From Ostrea edulis (Eukaryota), in contig NC_079168.1 of the NCBI RefSeq assembly GCF_947568905.1, forward strand, positions 89,776,001-89,840,000: a DNA stretch of 64,000 nucleotides. The letters run 5' to 3'. Position numbers and translations under genes: made by a program. Positions 23,801 through 33,829 of this stretch are shown here, in pieces. Position 1 is the first letter of the stretch. Each line of letters starts with the position of its first letter. Below the pieces are notes generated by a model that was not told where the DNA came from, ran no database searches, and was given only the letters and a program-made list of their open reading frames with translations.

Positions 23801-25728
23801 CTTGTCCCGAGTGTGGGATTGACCAATCAGGACTTATGGTTGGAGACCAGCAGTTTGATAATTATGAGGAAAAGCTTAGTTTTCATGTCATTAATGTGTG
23901 CTTTCATTTGGATAAAACTGATGTCATAGTTTGTTCAAAGTGTAGTGCAGAGTTCACCAGTATGAAAGAATTCAGACATCATTACTTTAAAAAGTTAGAA
24001 CAATATTTCAAATGTAATGTTTGCCCTATGGCATTCAGGCAGCAAGAGTCATTCACAAAACACTTAAACTCACAGCACAGTGATCATGAGATTGTGAGTT
24101 TGTCTCCTGCTAAGAAAAAGATGGATGTCTTCAAAGTGATTTACAGATGCCATGTTTGTGACAGTTTGATAGATGATAGATTTGTATTGGACAATCATTT
24201 ACAACAGCATGCCACAGTTACCAAATCTGTCTACAAATGCAAGGAATGTTCAAGAACTTTTCAAAAGGGAGAAGAGATGTCAAATCATTTCAAGGCAGAG
24301 CATGCTGACAAGACAAAACTAAAGCTGTGCAAAAAATGTAACAAAACTTTTGAAACTTGGAAAGAGTTACTTAGTCACACATTAAAGGACGTCCATGCCA
24401 CCCCACCTGATAATTCCTTCCATTATTGTGGAACCTGTGGATTTTTCTATGATCCAACAGAAGCTGAGGGAGGACATATTTGTATGAGTCAGAAGACCGG
24501 GAAACTGGTTGTCAACAAGTTCCTAAGTGGATGTCGAATCTGCAATGAGCGAAAATTTTATAATGCTACTGCATTGAGGATTCATCTGCAAGCGCACCAA
24601 GATAGGGGATACCTGGTGTGTAAGTATTGCCAAAGCGGTGGATTTTCTTCTAAAGAGGAAATGAAAATTCATGAAAGCATCTGCAATGATGGAAAATCCC
24701 ATATTAAACCAAATATTTTGAGACACAAGAAAAGTGCGGCTTCCTCCTCTTCTAAAGATGTCAAGAAAATGGTAAATGATGTGAAGCCAGTGAATCCTCA
24801 GCTATCCTTCCCTTGTATGGATTGTGATGAACAATTCACCTCCAAGGCTGACCTTGGTAATCATCAGAAAGAGGCGCATAGTAATCTGTACCCGTGTCAT
24901 CTCTGTGGCTTGACATATGAATCTCAGCAGAGTTTACGCAAGCATCTTCGGGTGACCCATGAAGGTAAGACCCATGTGTATCCCTGTGTAATCTGCAGGA
25001 AGAGGGGTATAAGGAGGATCTTCACAAATGTTTTAGTTCTGGAGAAACACTTAGCTACCAAACACAGAGTTAGTAAGAATCAGATGAGTTCTAGCATTGT
25101 GAATGAGTTTGCGGCAGAAAATGAAATTTTGAATCCACCACCTAAATCAATAAAATCCCCATCAGAGTCAACAGAGTTAATTAAAGAAATAGATTCGCCA
25201 GTCAAACGTTTACATATAGAAGGAGACCAAGTCTTCAACTGTGCAAAATGTAGATTTAGATGCGAGAACAGAACGGGGTTCCTTGATCATCTGAAGGTCC
25301 ATAAGATAGACAATTCCGTTCAGTGTTTGGAATGCGGACTATGCTTTGCCATTATTCCCTCGCTTAAAAAACATCTGTTCATGGTTCATAAAGTGAAGGA
25401 CTTTGAGGAATACTGCCAGAAGGAGGGGATCCGAATAAAGGATGAAATTGTAGAGGAGGAGCTGGAGGAGACGTCCTACACAAGCCTGGCAGAGGAGTCG
25501 GACCCCGAGGACCACGATCGAGACCCATTGGAGTGCCGAGTCTGTTATCGGGTTTTTGAAGATGACAACAAGCTGCGCTCTCACATGAGAAGTCATGGAA
25601 TGGCTTTTATCAGAAACAAGAGGAGGGAGAGAGCTGTGCAGAGGTCCAGGCAGTCGGCATCAACCTCCAGTGTGAAAAGTGAAACTGCAAGTGAAAATAG
25701 CAATGCTTCATCCTCAGATGCAAAGTGA
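20809..25728 (+). CDS. ZNF532: ZNF532/ZNF592/ZNF687-family C2H2 zinc-finger protein, one ~4.9-kb coding exon (ORF-track start 20857, 1623 aa; frame open from a likely acceptor at 20808/20809)
   Basis: About 19 C-x2-C motifs. Family-diagnostic segments: CYECGDTFRFSTSLETH...CEECKSMKIFFNKCQFLSHLRGH, QCLECGLCFAIIPSLKKHLFMVH, and terminal CRVCYRVFEDDNKLRSHMRSHGMAFIR. The specific vertebrate paralogue cannot be assigned; likely a pro-orthologue of all three. Confidence 0.88.
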   Translation, partial: GDDVADLKHGKQENGTMCSGSMSADPDSEDNVGLNSTPNNTLDEAPEDKHKQLNTPALSEITHRRAKDQSTDEDMMVDPEERNDHQPKSQLEKKGGCDENASVVMETMQMPQSEQESETQITESNSVEMCEEPKNSAAEICASELPDPSDTDTQVSEEDQLSHSPDTCSQENSFDNGMDRCKSSPGVISFENMDSTEESDQHEAMKGTDVCLSEQIEVDGNHDELENLEMSQGGSTEKVVSESISKENESSPQLQRMRSVAFGEEESLNESIDEDSDGRLFIDTEIESGDADDEDLSRRGEKQYTDSPLAARKLPGQQIRESPLAAEKIPSQQVTESPLAAEKIPSQQVTESPLAAEKIPSQQVTESPLAAEKIPSQQVTESPLAAEKIPSQQITESPLAAEKIPSKLNRKTPLEAEILPSQQIRERPLAVEKIQSLQKDIPGSVSTEHSGMEVLTTENSGMLISDKDAMLQSVSQNSSRSEPSRTTGSQMEVSETSDTEITDGGPTITTTRTPMGAVIKVEQIDEGYSDSQTGDILDILHKSKRASTQGTEQQKRKLDDMNDKDAVQPLSFNAKDIAKRVKKEPVDIFESPKSNCSMNVSPVTGFLPGSSFRPRGPTTGVVSNSLLQLSKQVDSITTQQNQQTAPSLCAVSSAAHLQPPSPLLRHQLNSGIRFPPRVSRISIPFVRAQRPAITQSEPRMRPSISRALSNSSTTVSNAGRATQGQSVMLTPQTKTVPSLMNSTSTFRYRLVPHAGGQSLVTVPSVTKPATTVSSASSSKVPSTPSNEAMSSCSINIDTVGMQTITELIARKNPLPNYKITPAPSEIKVNNSVFTCYECGDTFRFSTSLETHRGRCSMKITYKCEECKSMKIFFNKCQFLSHLRGHLNIEKTQAVPIHIKSDSISIEPLSKSHQQVFFQKFSVSKKTNNQKASRRCAECGTTCSQAEFEKHFLGDKKAIGGLAGGKWRCVHCKLYFPSICAQRAHARLHKEEELDKKFTCPECGIDQSGLMVGDQQFDNYEEKLSFHVINVCFHLDKTDVIVCSKCSAEFTSMKEFRHHYFKKLEQYFKCNVCPMAFRQQESFTKHLNSQHSDHEIVSLSPAKKKMDVFKVIYRCHVCDSLIDDRFVLDNHLQQHATVTKSVYKCKECSRTFQKGEEMSNHFKAEHADKTKLKLCKKCNKTFETWKELLSHTLKDVHATPPDNSFHYCGTCGFFYDPTEAEGGHICMSQKTGKLVVNKFLSGCRICNERKFYNATALRIHLQAHQDRGYLVCKYCQSGGFSSKEEMKIHESICNDGKSHIKPNILRHKKSAASSSSKDVKKMVNDVKPVNPQLSFPCMDCDEQFTSKADLGNHQKEAHSNLYPCHLCGLTYESQQSLRKHLRVTHEGKTHVYPCVICRKRGIRRIFTNVLVLEKHLATKHRVSKNQMSSSIVNEFAAENEILNPPPKSIKSPSESTELIKEIDSPVKRLHIEGDQVFNCAKCRFRCENRTGFLDHLKVHKIDNSVQCLECGLCFAIIPSLKKHLFMVHKVKDFEEYCQKEGIRIKDEIVEEELEETSYTSLAEESDPEDHDRDPLECRVCYRVFEDDNKLRSHMRSHGMAFIRNKRRERAVQRSRQSASTSSVKSETASENSNASSSDAK
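21718..22122 (+). repeat. In-frame 45-bp (15-aa) coding tandem repeat x9, consensus VTESPLAAEKIPSQQ
   Basis: Visible in the translation; the central units are identical at DNA level (acagaatctccactggcggctgaaaaaataccaagtcaacaggtc). Confidence 0.97.
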
Positions 25729-26845
25729 ATCACCATATTGAATTCACTTACAGTTAGAGTGGTAATGGAAGAAAATGGCAGATACATTGTACATGTGTAC
25801 TGATATCTATGTAAATATATTCCATCTTCATCTTTCATGTTTTATTGATTGCTACCACTTTACACCATACATTAATTATGTCCCATCTGAAATCCAACAT
25901 GTATTGAGTTTTCCAGAATTTTATTTATATTGTTAAATGCTAAAAATATTTTGGTTCTTTAGGTTAATTTGTTTAAAGTTAACAAATGTTACATTTTTGG
26001 GTTTGTTTTGGGGGTTTTTTTTGACATTGAGATGATTTAGTAAGATTATTATCATTATATTCTCACAAATGTTTTAACTTTCATCACTCCTAGGCAGTGA
26101 TTATTTTCCTTTTTGACTGGTAATTGAAAAATATGACAAAGATTCAAATGAATCATAATATAATGAATTTCAAGTATTTGTATAACTCGTGAAGCTTACT
26201 GTAAGTAATGGATGAGAGAATTATCCAAAGCATTGTGTTCCTTAAAAATGTCATTTGACAAGTTTGGTTACGATGAAACTAAATATTTCTAGGATGGTTT
26301 GCGTATACATAGAATTTTTTAAAAGAAATCCGGATGATAGAATCCTGTTTTGAGAAAAGTCATGAAATACAGAAAAAGTAGTGGAAAACAAGCACAAAAT
26401 GGTCGTTATGTAACACTGACAAAATACAATTTGGATATTAGGTGTTTGATTGTAATGCCACAAATTAAGGAATATGGAATTTAAATCTCAAGTTGGTATT
26501 GTTGTAATCAAACTTGACATTAGTTAGCACTTAATTTTCTCCAACTCTGTAAATTAAGAATTTTTTAAGATTTAACATTATCTTGTGTAATGAGAAATTT
26601 AGTAGGAACTTGGGACTTGCATAAATTATGCCAGAAAATGGGAACCCATCCATATGTTGGTTTACTTTTCCCAATTGAAGTCCCTGCACTTCTGATGCAC
26701 ATCTATTCTTATATGTGAACATCGAATTTAGAATTGTCATATTTCTCTTTTCCATAATACAACCTTGTAATTTGATCTGTATGATATATGTTTTAATTTG
26801 TCCAGTTTGTTAAATATCATGATTTCTTTTTACATTTTGATACGC

Positions 26846-26851
26846 AATAAA
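26846..26851 (+). terminator. Candidate polyadenylation signal of the ZNF gene
   Basis: AATAAA ~1.1 kb after the stop, following an AT-rich UTR-like stretch. Confidence 0.45.
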
Positions 26852-27213
26852 TTATATTTTTCAAGTATATCTTTATCTCTAGTTTATTATTTTCTTCCAT
26901 CTCTTGGAGCTGGTCAGTAAAATGACCTCTGGAGAAATATTGTGAATTTAGCAATTGGAAGCATTAAAATCATATGAACAAATATTTTAAGGTGTTGGGA
27001 AAACCATATGCCACATTATTAAAGTTTAAGGCTGACCCAGGAGATGGAAGGTATATATAGTTTAAGAATTATTGATTCAGAAGTCGGATCTGTAATGGAT
27101 GCTCTCCATGGGCACAGGTTTAAAAAATAGCAAATGGTGAAATTAAAATACCGGGGTAGGGGCACTTAAATAGACTATTATAACAAGGGTGGGACCTTAA
27201 ATAGACAATTATA

Positions 27214-27252
<39 letters not shown>

Positions 27253-27554
27253 CTTAGATAGTCTATTATACCGGGGAGGGGGGTGGGAGACACTCTAAAG
27301 GAAAATGCTTCATAAGATTTGTTGAAAAGATCTAAAAGAATTTTACTTTATATGTATATAAAACATTGAGCCACTCTTGTAGTCCCATGTATACAAACTT
27401 GAATCTACACTACATTAGGGTGCTGGCATATTTCTTATAAAGTGTGCCCTTGAGATTTTAAAACAGTTTTCCTACGTATTGCAAGGAAAAACTTCAAACG
27501 CACAAACCTGCCCTCCGAAGATCAAGGTTTAAACATGACGCTTCATGATATTGT

Positions 27555-27695
27555 AGTATTTAATTAAAGGAGAGAGGAGAAAATCTGTGGCTGGACCGGA
27601 AATCGAACCCGGGACCCCGACATTACTAGTCAGGTGCGCTAACCACTGAGCTATCCAGGCCGATATCCACGGTCCATATAGCCCTATAATTACAC
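27555..27695 (-). mobile_element. tRNA-derived SINE head / tRNA pseudogene (AGT anticodon-like loop)
   Basis: Minus strand: gcctggatagctcagtggttagcgcacctgactagtaatgtcggggtcccgggttcgatttccggtccagcca. A and B boxes are present, but the D and anticodon stems are mismatched. Confidence 0.7.
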
Positions 27696-28039
27696 ATTAT
27701 AATTGGACTCCTTTTCTAGTCCAGTATATGGTTCTTGAGATATTTGAAATGCACCCTATCATTTGATTTTTTGATCCTTTGAAAGGAGGTGTTGTCTTCC
27801 ATTTGTTCAATTTTGGAATGCCTTTCACTTTGGTATACTTTGTGCGAAGTTTGGTTGAAATGGGTCCAGTGCATGGGTGTCAAAATTGTGAGAAGCTCAA
27901 AGACCTACAACAGATGGACAAAACTCATATCCAAGTGAAATCTTAATTAGATTTTTTAAAATGTAACAATTGAGAGCTCTGCAAGGCTAGGGTATATCCT
28001 CTTGCTAAGAGTGTTTAAAAGCTTTTTTTATGAATTAAG

Positions 28040-28770
28040 TCATGTAGTGACCTTGACCTTAGGATCCCAAAATAGGGTTTTTCCTCTCTTGATAGTAATT
28101 AAGCTATGAAATCAATGGAGCAAAAAGTGTGGCCTGTAAAGTGTCCAAAAGCTTTTTCTTCGAAGTTCCAGTGATCTTGACCTTTCGACCCCAAATCAAT
28201 GGAGTTTTTCCTCTCTTGATAGCAGAGGTAAATGTTAAGTATGAAATCAATGGTACAAAAATTGTGGCCTTTGGAGTGTCTACAAGCTTGTGTTACATGC
28301 ACATAAATGAGCCTTTTACTTATATCATACCCTCTTGCAATGCATTGCAAGGGGATAATTAATCTGTGTGTGACAGTATTGTAATATTTATGCCCAGTTT
28401 CACACCATTTCTTGCAAGTTGACTGAAATACAAAGGATTTTATTTTCAAAGATTTGGGGGCATATAGTGTTTGGTCTGTCTGCATGAAGCAAAAAATGTT
28501 AACCTTGGTCATATCTTTTACACCATGAGAGGTAAAAGCTTTCATATTGGGTATGTGTATTCCTTGTGGCAAGACCTTCCCATTGACACCAAAATCTTTG
28601 ACCTGTTAACCTTAGCTTTGACCTACTCACAGAATATTCGAGTATGATTAAGCCATATCTTTCAAATCCCAAGAGGTACTGTTTATACAACATGCATTTT
28701 TAGTGAGAGGACCTTTCCAATGATACCAGATTAGTTGACCACTGACCTACTTTTTGGAAATAAAAAAAAA
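28040..28770. mobile_element. Degenerate HINE/pearl-type element(s)
   Basis: The repeated gtgaccttgacctt/aaccttggtcatatctttt...ctttcatatt...ccttgtggcaagacctttcc motifs are shared with 29265-29745 and 31899-32268. Confidence 0.55.
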
Positions 28771-28805
28771 CTATGTCATTATAAAGTTCCACTTTGTTGT
28801 AATCA

Positions 28806-29100
28806 ATGTTTCACGTCTTGTTATCCACTGAAACAGCGCGTACCCATGATACTCATTTTTGTTATCCACTGAAACAGTGTACCCATGATACTCATTTTTG
28901 TTATCCACTGAGACAGTGTACCCATGATACTCATTTTTGTTATCCACTGAGACAGTGTACCCATGATACTCATTTTTGTTATCCACTGAGACAGTGTACC
29001 CATGATACTCATTTTTGTTATCCACTGAAACAGTGTACCCATGATACTCATTTTTGTTATCCACTGAAACAGTGTACCCATGATACTCATTTTTCACTTT
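28806..29100. repeat. 39-bp minisatellite x~7.5 (gttatccactgagacagtgtacccatgatactcattttt)
   Basis: Near-perfect tandem units; this explains three overlapping repetitive ORFs. Confidence 0.95.
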
Positions 29101-29141
29101 AACATGCATAGAATGCATTGGCAGCTGAAAAGATCCTTCAG

Positions 29142-29143
<2 letters not shown>

Positions 29144-29181
<38 letters not shown>
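29144..29181. repeat. (AT)n microsatellite
   Basis: Direct run. Confidence 0.95.
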
Positions 29182-29183
<2 letters not shown>

Positions 29184-30147
29184 TGTTCTCAAATGCACTC
29201 TATAGGTATATATTAGACATATGCAGAAAGGAAAATGAGAATTTGCATTAATTTTTATGCCCCCGGAATTGAAGATTCAGGGGCACATAATTTATGGCCT
29301 GTCTGTTTGTCTGTGGTAAAAATCTTTAACCTTGGTCATATCTTTCACAATCATAAGAGGTAGACCTTTCATATTTGGTATGTGCAGTCCTTGTGGCAAG
29401 ATGTTTTCTTAAGACACTGAAATCTTTGACCTACTCTTAGAAATTTTCAATATGAGCCATATTTCTTTCCAATTTGTAGGAGGTACTGTTTTTATATTAA
29501 ACATGCTCATTTATTGTGAAAAGACTTTCCAATGATATCAGATTTGTTGACCTTTACATGACCATTGACTTAGTTTTTGGAAATTAACCCTGGTCATATC
29601 TTTTACAACATAAGAGGTACAGGTTTCATACTTGTGGCAATACCTTTCCATTGGTACCAAATCTTCGACCTGGTGACCTTTAACCTACTTTCAGAAAATT
29701 CTAAAATAGGGCATATCTTTCAAATCTTAAAAGGTACTGTATATCTACGGTGGTATATTTAGGACACAAAATTTTTTTTTTTCAAAGATACTAGGCAAAA
29801 ATTATCTCGTGCGCACGACTTATTATCTCGTGCGCACGACATAATATCTCGTGCGCACGACTTATTATCTCGTGCGCACGACATAATATCTCGTGCGCAC
29901 GACTTATTATCTCGTGTGCACGACTTATTATCTCGTGCGCACGACATAACATCTCGTGCGCACGACATAACATCTCGTGCGCACGACATAACATCTCGTG
30001 CGCACGACTTATTATCTCGTGCGCACGACATAATATCTCGTGCGCACGACATAATATCTCGTGTGCACGACATAATATCTCGTGCACACAACTTATTATC
30101 TCGTGCGCACGACTTATTATCTCGTTCGCACGACTTATTATCTCGTA

Positions 30148-30430
30148 TTCTTATGTGTTTTTATCAGAAGGAATTGAACGACATCCAGCTTCTTTGGAAT
30201 TTGCATCCGATTCGAAGGTCAAGAAACGAGCACGTACTCCATGGACGTCCAGTTATAATGTACACGTCACCAGAAGATTACGGCACCAGGGATTATTTGT
30301 GTCTGTCTAATGATCGGTTTTTTAAATGCATGCAAAAATGAGTGTACTTTTAACCACCCTAATTTAAATACAAATGATCCGGATTTCAATAGTATTTGTC
30401 GCATTCTGATGGAAGAAAATGGCCCCCCAG
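30148..30430 (+). pseudogene. Remnant of the DDE transposase C-terminus
   Basis: W-N-x-H-x-I-R...GRP-x-x-x-Y pattern, continuing after a frameshift as ECTFNHP...DPDFNSICRILMEENG. Confidence 0.65.
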
Positions 30431-31377
30431 ACCCCCTGCCTCGGTAATATTCGAACCCAAGCTACGCCTATGCATGCAAATGCATAAGAGCACTAGCATA
30501 CTGTTATAAAGAAAGTATTAATGTTTAGTTACTGAGGACAAATTGCATGTACCAAATTAGATCGAAACTGACTGGTCTAACGGTTATGTAGGTGAAATCG
30601 AAAATATGAAATGGACAATCACAGAGAGAAAGGTACTAGCAATTAGATTGGAATAGCTCCCCTCAGTCGGACGACTTCCAGATATGCAATGATCATTGTT
30701 GGATCCAGAAGGTGGAGGTCTCTTGGGATAGGCCCAATTTCTTGAATAAAAAAAATGTCACATGTTAAAAAAGATCAACGGGTTATTAATCCAACTGTGA
30801 AAGAAGTCCTCGCGAGAAATACGAAAATCATTGATGAAAATCAGCAAAGTGTGTGTGTAGTTAAAAAAAAAAAATCAGGAGTCATTTTCGCTTTTTCGAA
30901 AGAGATGCTACAAAGTCTACATATATAAACTAAAAAATACATTGTAAACTATATGCAAAACGTGAAAACTTAAGCTATTTTCACATTTTACAGATGTATT
31001 ATAATATTCCATTATTACATGTACGCCATTCACTATGTAAACATCGCTCCCAATTGTCATCATCTTTCGAAACCGGTTTTTTTTTTTTTAAACTTCTTGG
31101 TACATCCTATCGTCATTGCTTCTACAGAACACTCATAAGATTAGCATTATTTACATAATTTTCTTGGTATTTTCCATAAATTTACGAAGAGGGGGATTAT
31201 CTTAGTTGTTATCTTACAAAGAAAAAAGCGATTAATTAAGAACTTATTGCCCAAAACGCTAGAAATTATGAATGAAAAATATTTATTTTTCTTTGTATTA
31301 TTCGTTGTCCTAACATCCCTGTCGATGTACCTACCATTAATATCTTAGCATTCACAAACATCCAATTTGATTCAGGC

Positions 31378-31610
31378 CATGTGCGGATCTAGAGGGGGTG
31401 GGGGGGGGTCGGGGGTCCGGACCCCCCCCCCCCTCCCCCTCCCCTGGAATTTGCGAAGTTATCAAATGTACATAGTAAAGTAACTAAAAAATGACCTTGG
31501 ATCCCCCTGGAAAACATGAACCCCTGTAAAGTTATTATAATTAGGAAACGCCATACATATGATGCTGAAGAAGTAGTAAAGTGCCCCCCCCCCCTTTCCC
31601 GATTTTTGCA
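31378..31610 (+). mobile_element. G/C-run-rich MITE-like fragment nested in the IS3EU-like element
   Basis: catgtgcggatctagaggggg...gggggtccggacccccc...ggatccccctggaaaac; unrelated to its flanks. Confidence 0.5.
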
Positions 31611-32627
31611 TGAATCAACAGTTAATAAGTCGTGCGCACGAGATATTATGTCGTGCGCACGAGATAATAAGTCGTGCGCACGAGATATTATGTCGTGCGC
31701 ACGAGATAATAAGTCGTGCGCACGAGATAATAAGTCGTGCGCACGAGATATTATGTCGTGCGCACGAGATATTATGTCGTGCGCACGAGATAATAAGTCG
31801 TGCGCACGAGATATTATGTCGTGCACACGAGATAATTTTTGCCTAGTATCTTTGAAAAAATAAAAATTCTGTGTCCTTAATATACCACCGTATATATCAA
31901 GCGTCTACATTTTTTGTGAGAAGACTTTTTTACCAATACCAGATTTGATGACGTGACCTTGACCACATTTTTGGAAATGTTCAAAAAACATTTACCTTGG
32001 TCATATCTTTTATAACATAAAAGGTACAGCTTTCATATCTGGCATGCGTATTCCTTGTGGCAAAACCTTTCCATTGGTTCCGAAATATTTGACCGGGGAT
32101 CTTTACATTGACCTTTGACCTACTTTTAGAAAATTCAAATACAAGCCATGTTTTAAACAGTAAGGCACTAGCTGCTTTCATATATAGCGTGTGCATTTTT
32201 TGAGAAGATCTTTCTATTAGTACCAAATTTGTTGACCCTGTGACCTTGAAATTTACCTTTTTAAGCATGGTACTTTATGTAACCAACTCAGCTTTTACTT
32301 AACATTTTCCAAACCCTGTACATTATAGATGTTATAAAAACATTGAAGATACACATGTAACATTTTAAAAATGCTTCTCTTTTCTTTTTTCTTTTTTTGT
32401 TGAAAATTTCTACCTTTAATTTGTCATTTTTCCAGTATGTTTCTACTGTTGTTCCTATGATAGATAACATATTTTACAAGAACCTGGTCATTTCTGTTTT
32501 TGAATCTCTTTTTTTTTAATTAGTATTTTTGAATATGTTAATTACTTGATATGTCATTGTTCTTGAAATTATATTAATTGAATTATTATTGTGTTTTTGT
32601 TTTGTAATATGACAGTTTATATAGGAT

Positions 32628-33071
32628 CCCTTAATTTCGAGCAGACAGTGCCGCAAGTTTGCCGCAAACTGTGTGCCAGAAGTGTGCAGCAAGAGTGTGC
32701 CGCAAGTTTGCCGCAAACTGTGTGCCAGAGGAAAAATTTGCATACGAAAAGTATACTCGCGGCAAATATGCCGCACACTGTGTGCCAGGAGTGTGCAGCA
32801 AGTGTGTGCCGCAAGTTTGCTGCAAACTGTGTGCCAGAGGAAAAATTTGCATACGAAAAGTATACTTGCGGCAAATATGCCGCACACTGTGCCAGAAGTG
32901 TGCAGCAAGTGTGTGCCGCAACTGTGCCACAAACTGTGTGCCAGAGGAAAAATTTGCATACGAAAAGTATACTTGCGGCAAATGTGCCGCAACTAGTTGC
33001 GGCAAACTTGCCGCAAATGCGCTGCAAATTTGCAGCAACTGTGTGCCAGAGGGCTTATATTTTGGTAAGGG
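32628..33071. repeat. Palindrome-rich tandem repeat (~105-109-bp units x~4), probably a non-autonomous transposon
   Basis: ccagag(g) recurs at 32725, 32834, 32941 and 33046. Short palindromes include gcggcaaatatgccgc, tgcggcaaacttgccgca and gctgcaaatttgcagc. Ends are ccctta.../...taaggg. Confidence 0.8.
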
Positions 33072-33077
33072 TACATA

Positions 33078-33357
33078 TATCATAGCCTCAGTTAGTACTG
33101 ATAATGTTACATGTATCATAGCCTCAGTTAGTACTGATAATGTTACATGTATCATAGCCTCAGTTAGTACTGATAATGTTACATGTATCATAGCCTCAGT
33201 TAGTACTGATAATGTTACATGTATCATAGCCTCAGTTAGTACTGATAATGTTACATGTATCATAGCCTCAGTTAGTACTGATAATGTTACATGTATCATA
33301 GCCTCAGTTAGTACTGATAATGTTACATGTATCATAGCCTCAGTTAGTACTGATTAT
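33078..33357. repeat. 36-bp minisatellite x8 (tatcatagcctcagttagtactgataatgttacatg)
   Basis: catagcctca occurs at 33081 and every 36 bp to 33333. Confidence 0.97.
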
Positions 33358-33394
33358 GTGGTAGTATCAGTTAAATGGCCTTCCTACTACGTGT

Positions 33395-33505
33395 AGCTCT
33401 GGCTAGTGGGTTATCCCTTTAGCTAGATTGGTAGAGCACTGCACTGTCCTGTCGGAGGTCCAGTGTTCGGTCCTCAGCAGAGGCACATACCATTCTCCGT
33501 TACAT
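33395..33505 (+). mobile_element. Degenerate tRNA-derived SINE-like unit
   Basis: tagctagattggtagagcac...gttcggtcc...cattctccgttaca. Confidence 0.5.
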
Positions 33506-33829
33506 TTCTATCATGTCTTGTGCCTTCAAAAGAACCCAATACAAGTGTGACCTTGAAAAAACAACAGGTTTTACCCTCTAATCAATGGGAATATCTTTCC
33601 CAAATTGAATGATTCTAGACCAGTCTGACTAAAGTTAGTCCCTACTTATTCACTTTGTGCTTACAAGTCGGACTGGATTCTAGACTTATTACCATGCAAG
33701 TTTGACCTTCACCTTAAAGATAAGGCTCCTTCTGTAATAGTTGGAAATGTTTACCAGGTTTTACGATTATAGCCTTTTAAATTCTGTTTTTTACTTCTGG
33801 TGCCGACAAATAGTAGCACTCGCTGTCAT

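Larger units (their letters stand above)
29746..31892. mobile_element. Internally deleted IS3EU-like DNA transposon, 2147 bp, with TIRs, 21-bp subterminal arrays and 6-bp TSD (TATATC)
   Basis: Termini TACGGTGGTATATT...AATATACCACCGTA; ~55-bp unique TIR; 16 left and 10 right inverted 21-bp units; tatatc at 29740-29745 and 31893-31898. Transposase C-terminal remnant: CFYQKELNDIQLLWNLHPIRRSRN...GRPVIMYTSPEDYGTRDYL. TAY..RTA termini with 6-bp TSD is my recollection of the IS3EU definition. Confidence 0.75.
29265..32268 (+). mobile_element. HINE-type host element (29265-29745 and 31899-32268) split by the IS3EU-like insertion
   Basis: The periodic host motif aggtactgt...atatc|aagc...gtgagaagacttt resumes after the insertion. 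An uninterrupted version of this motif is at ~29482-29530. Confidence 0.6.

Noticed and set aside
27216-27252. Long poly-G runs (also 51174-51210) as G-quadruplex elements
   Set aside because: Homopolymer length is unreliable in assemblies and the runs sit within repeat ends; no functional support.
27590-27665. Functional tRNA-Thr(AGT) gene
   Set aside because: D-stem and anticodon-stem mismatches plus a SINE-like flank; treated as a SINE head or pseudogene. tRNAscan-SE would settle it.
29801-30146. CRISPR-like appearance of regular palindromic repeats
   Set aside because: No unique spacers, eukaryotic context, and the repeats are mirrored at the other end as transposon subterminal arrays.
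28771-33396. Repetitive ORFs (NEYHGYTVSVD, CARDIMS/RAHEILC, CGKFAA, MIHVTLSVLTEA)
   Set aside because: Artefacts of 21-, 36- and 39-bp tandem units (and the ~107-bp array); open on both strands with no splice or domain support.
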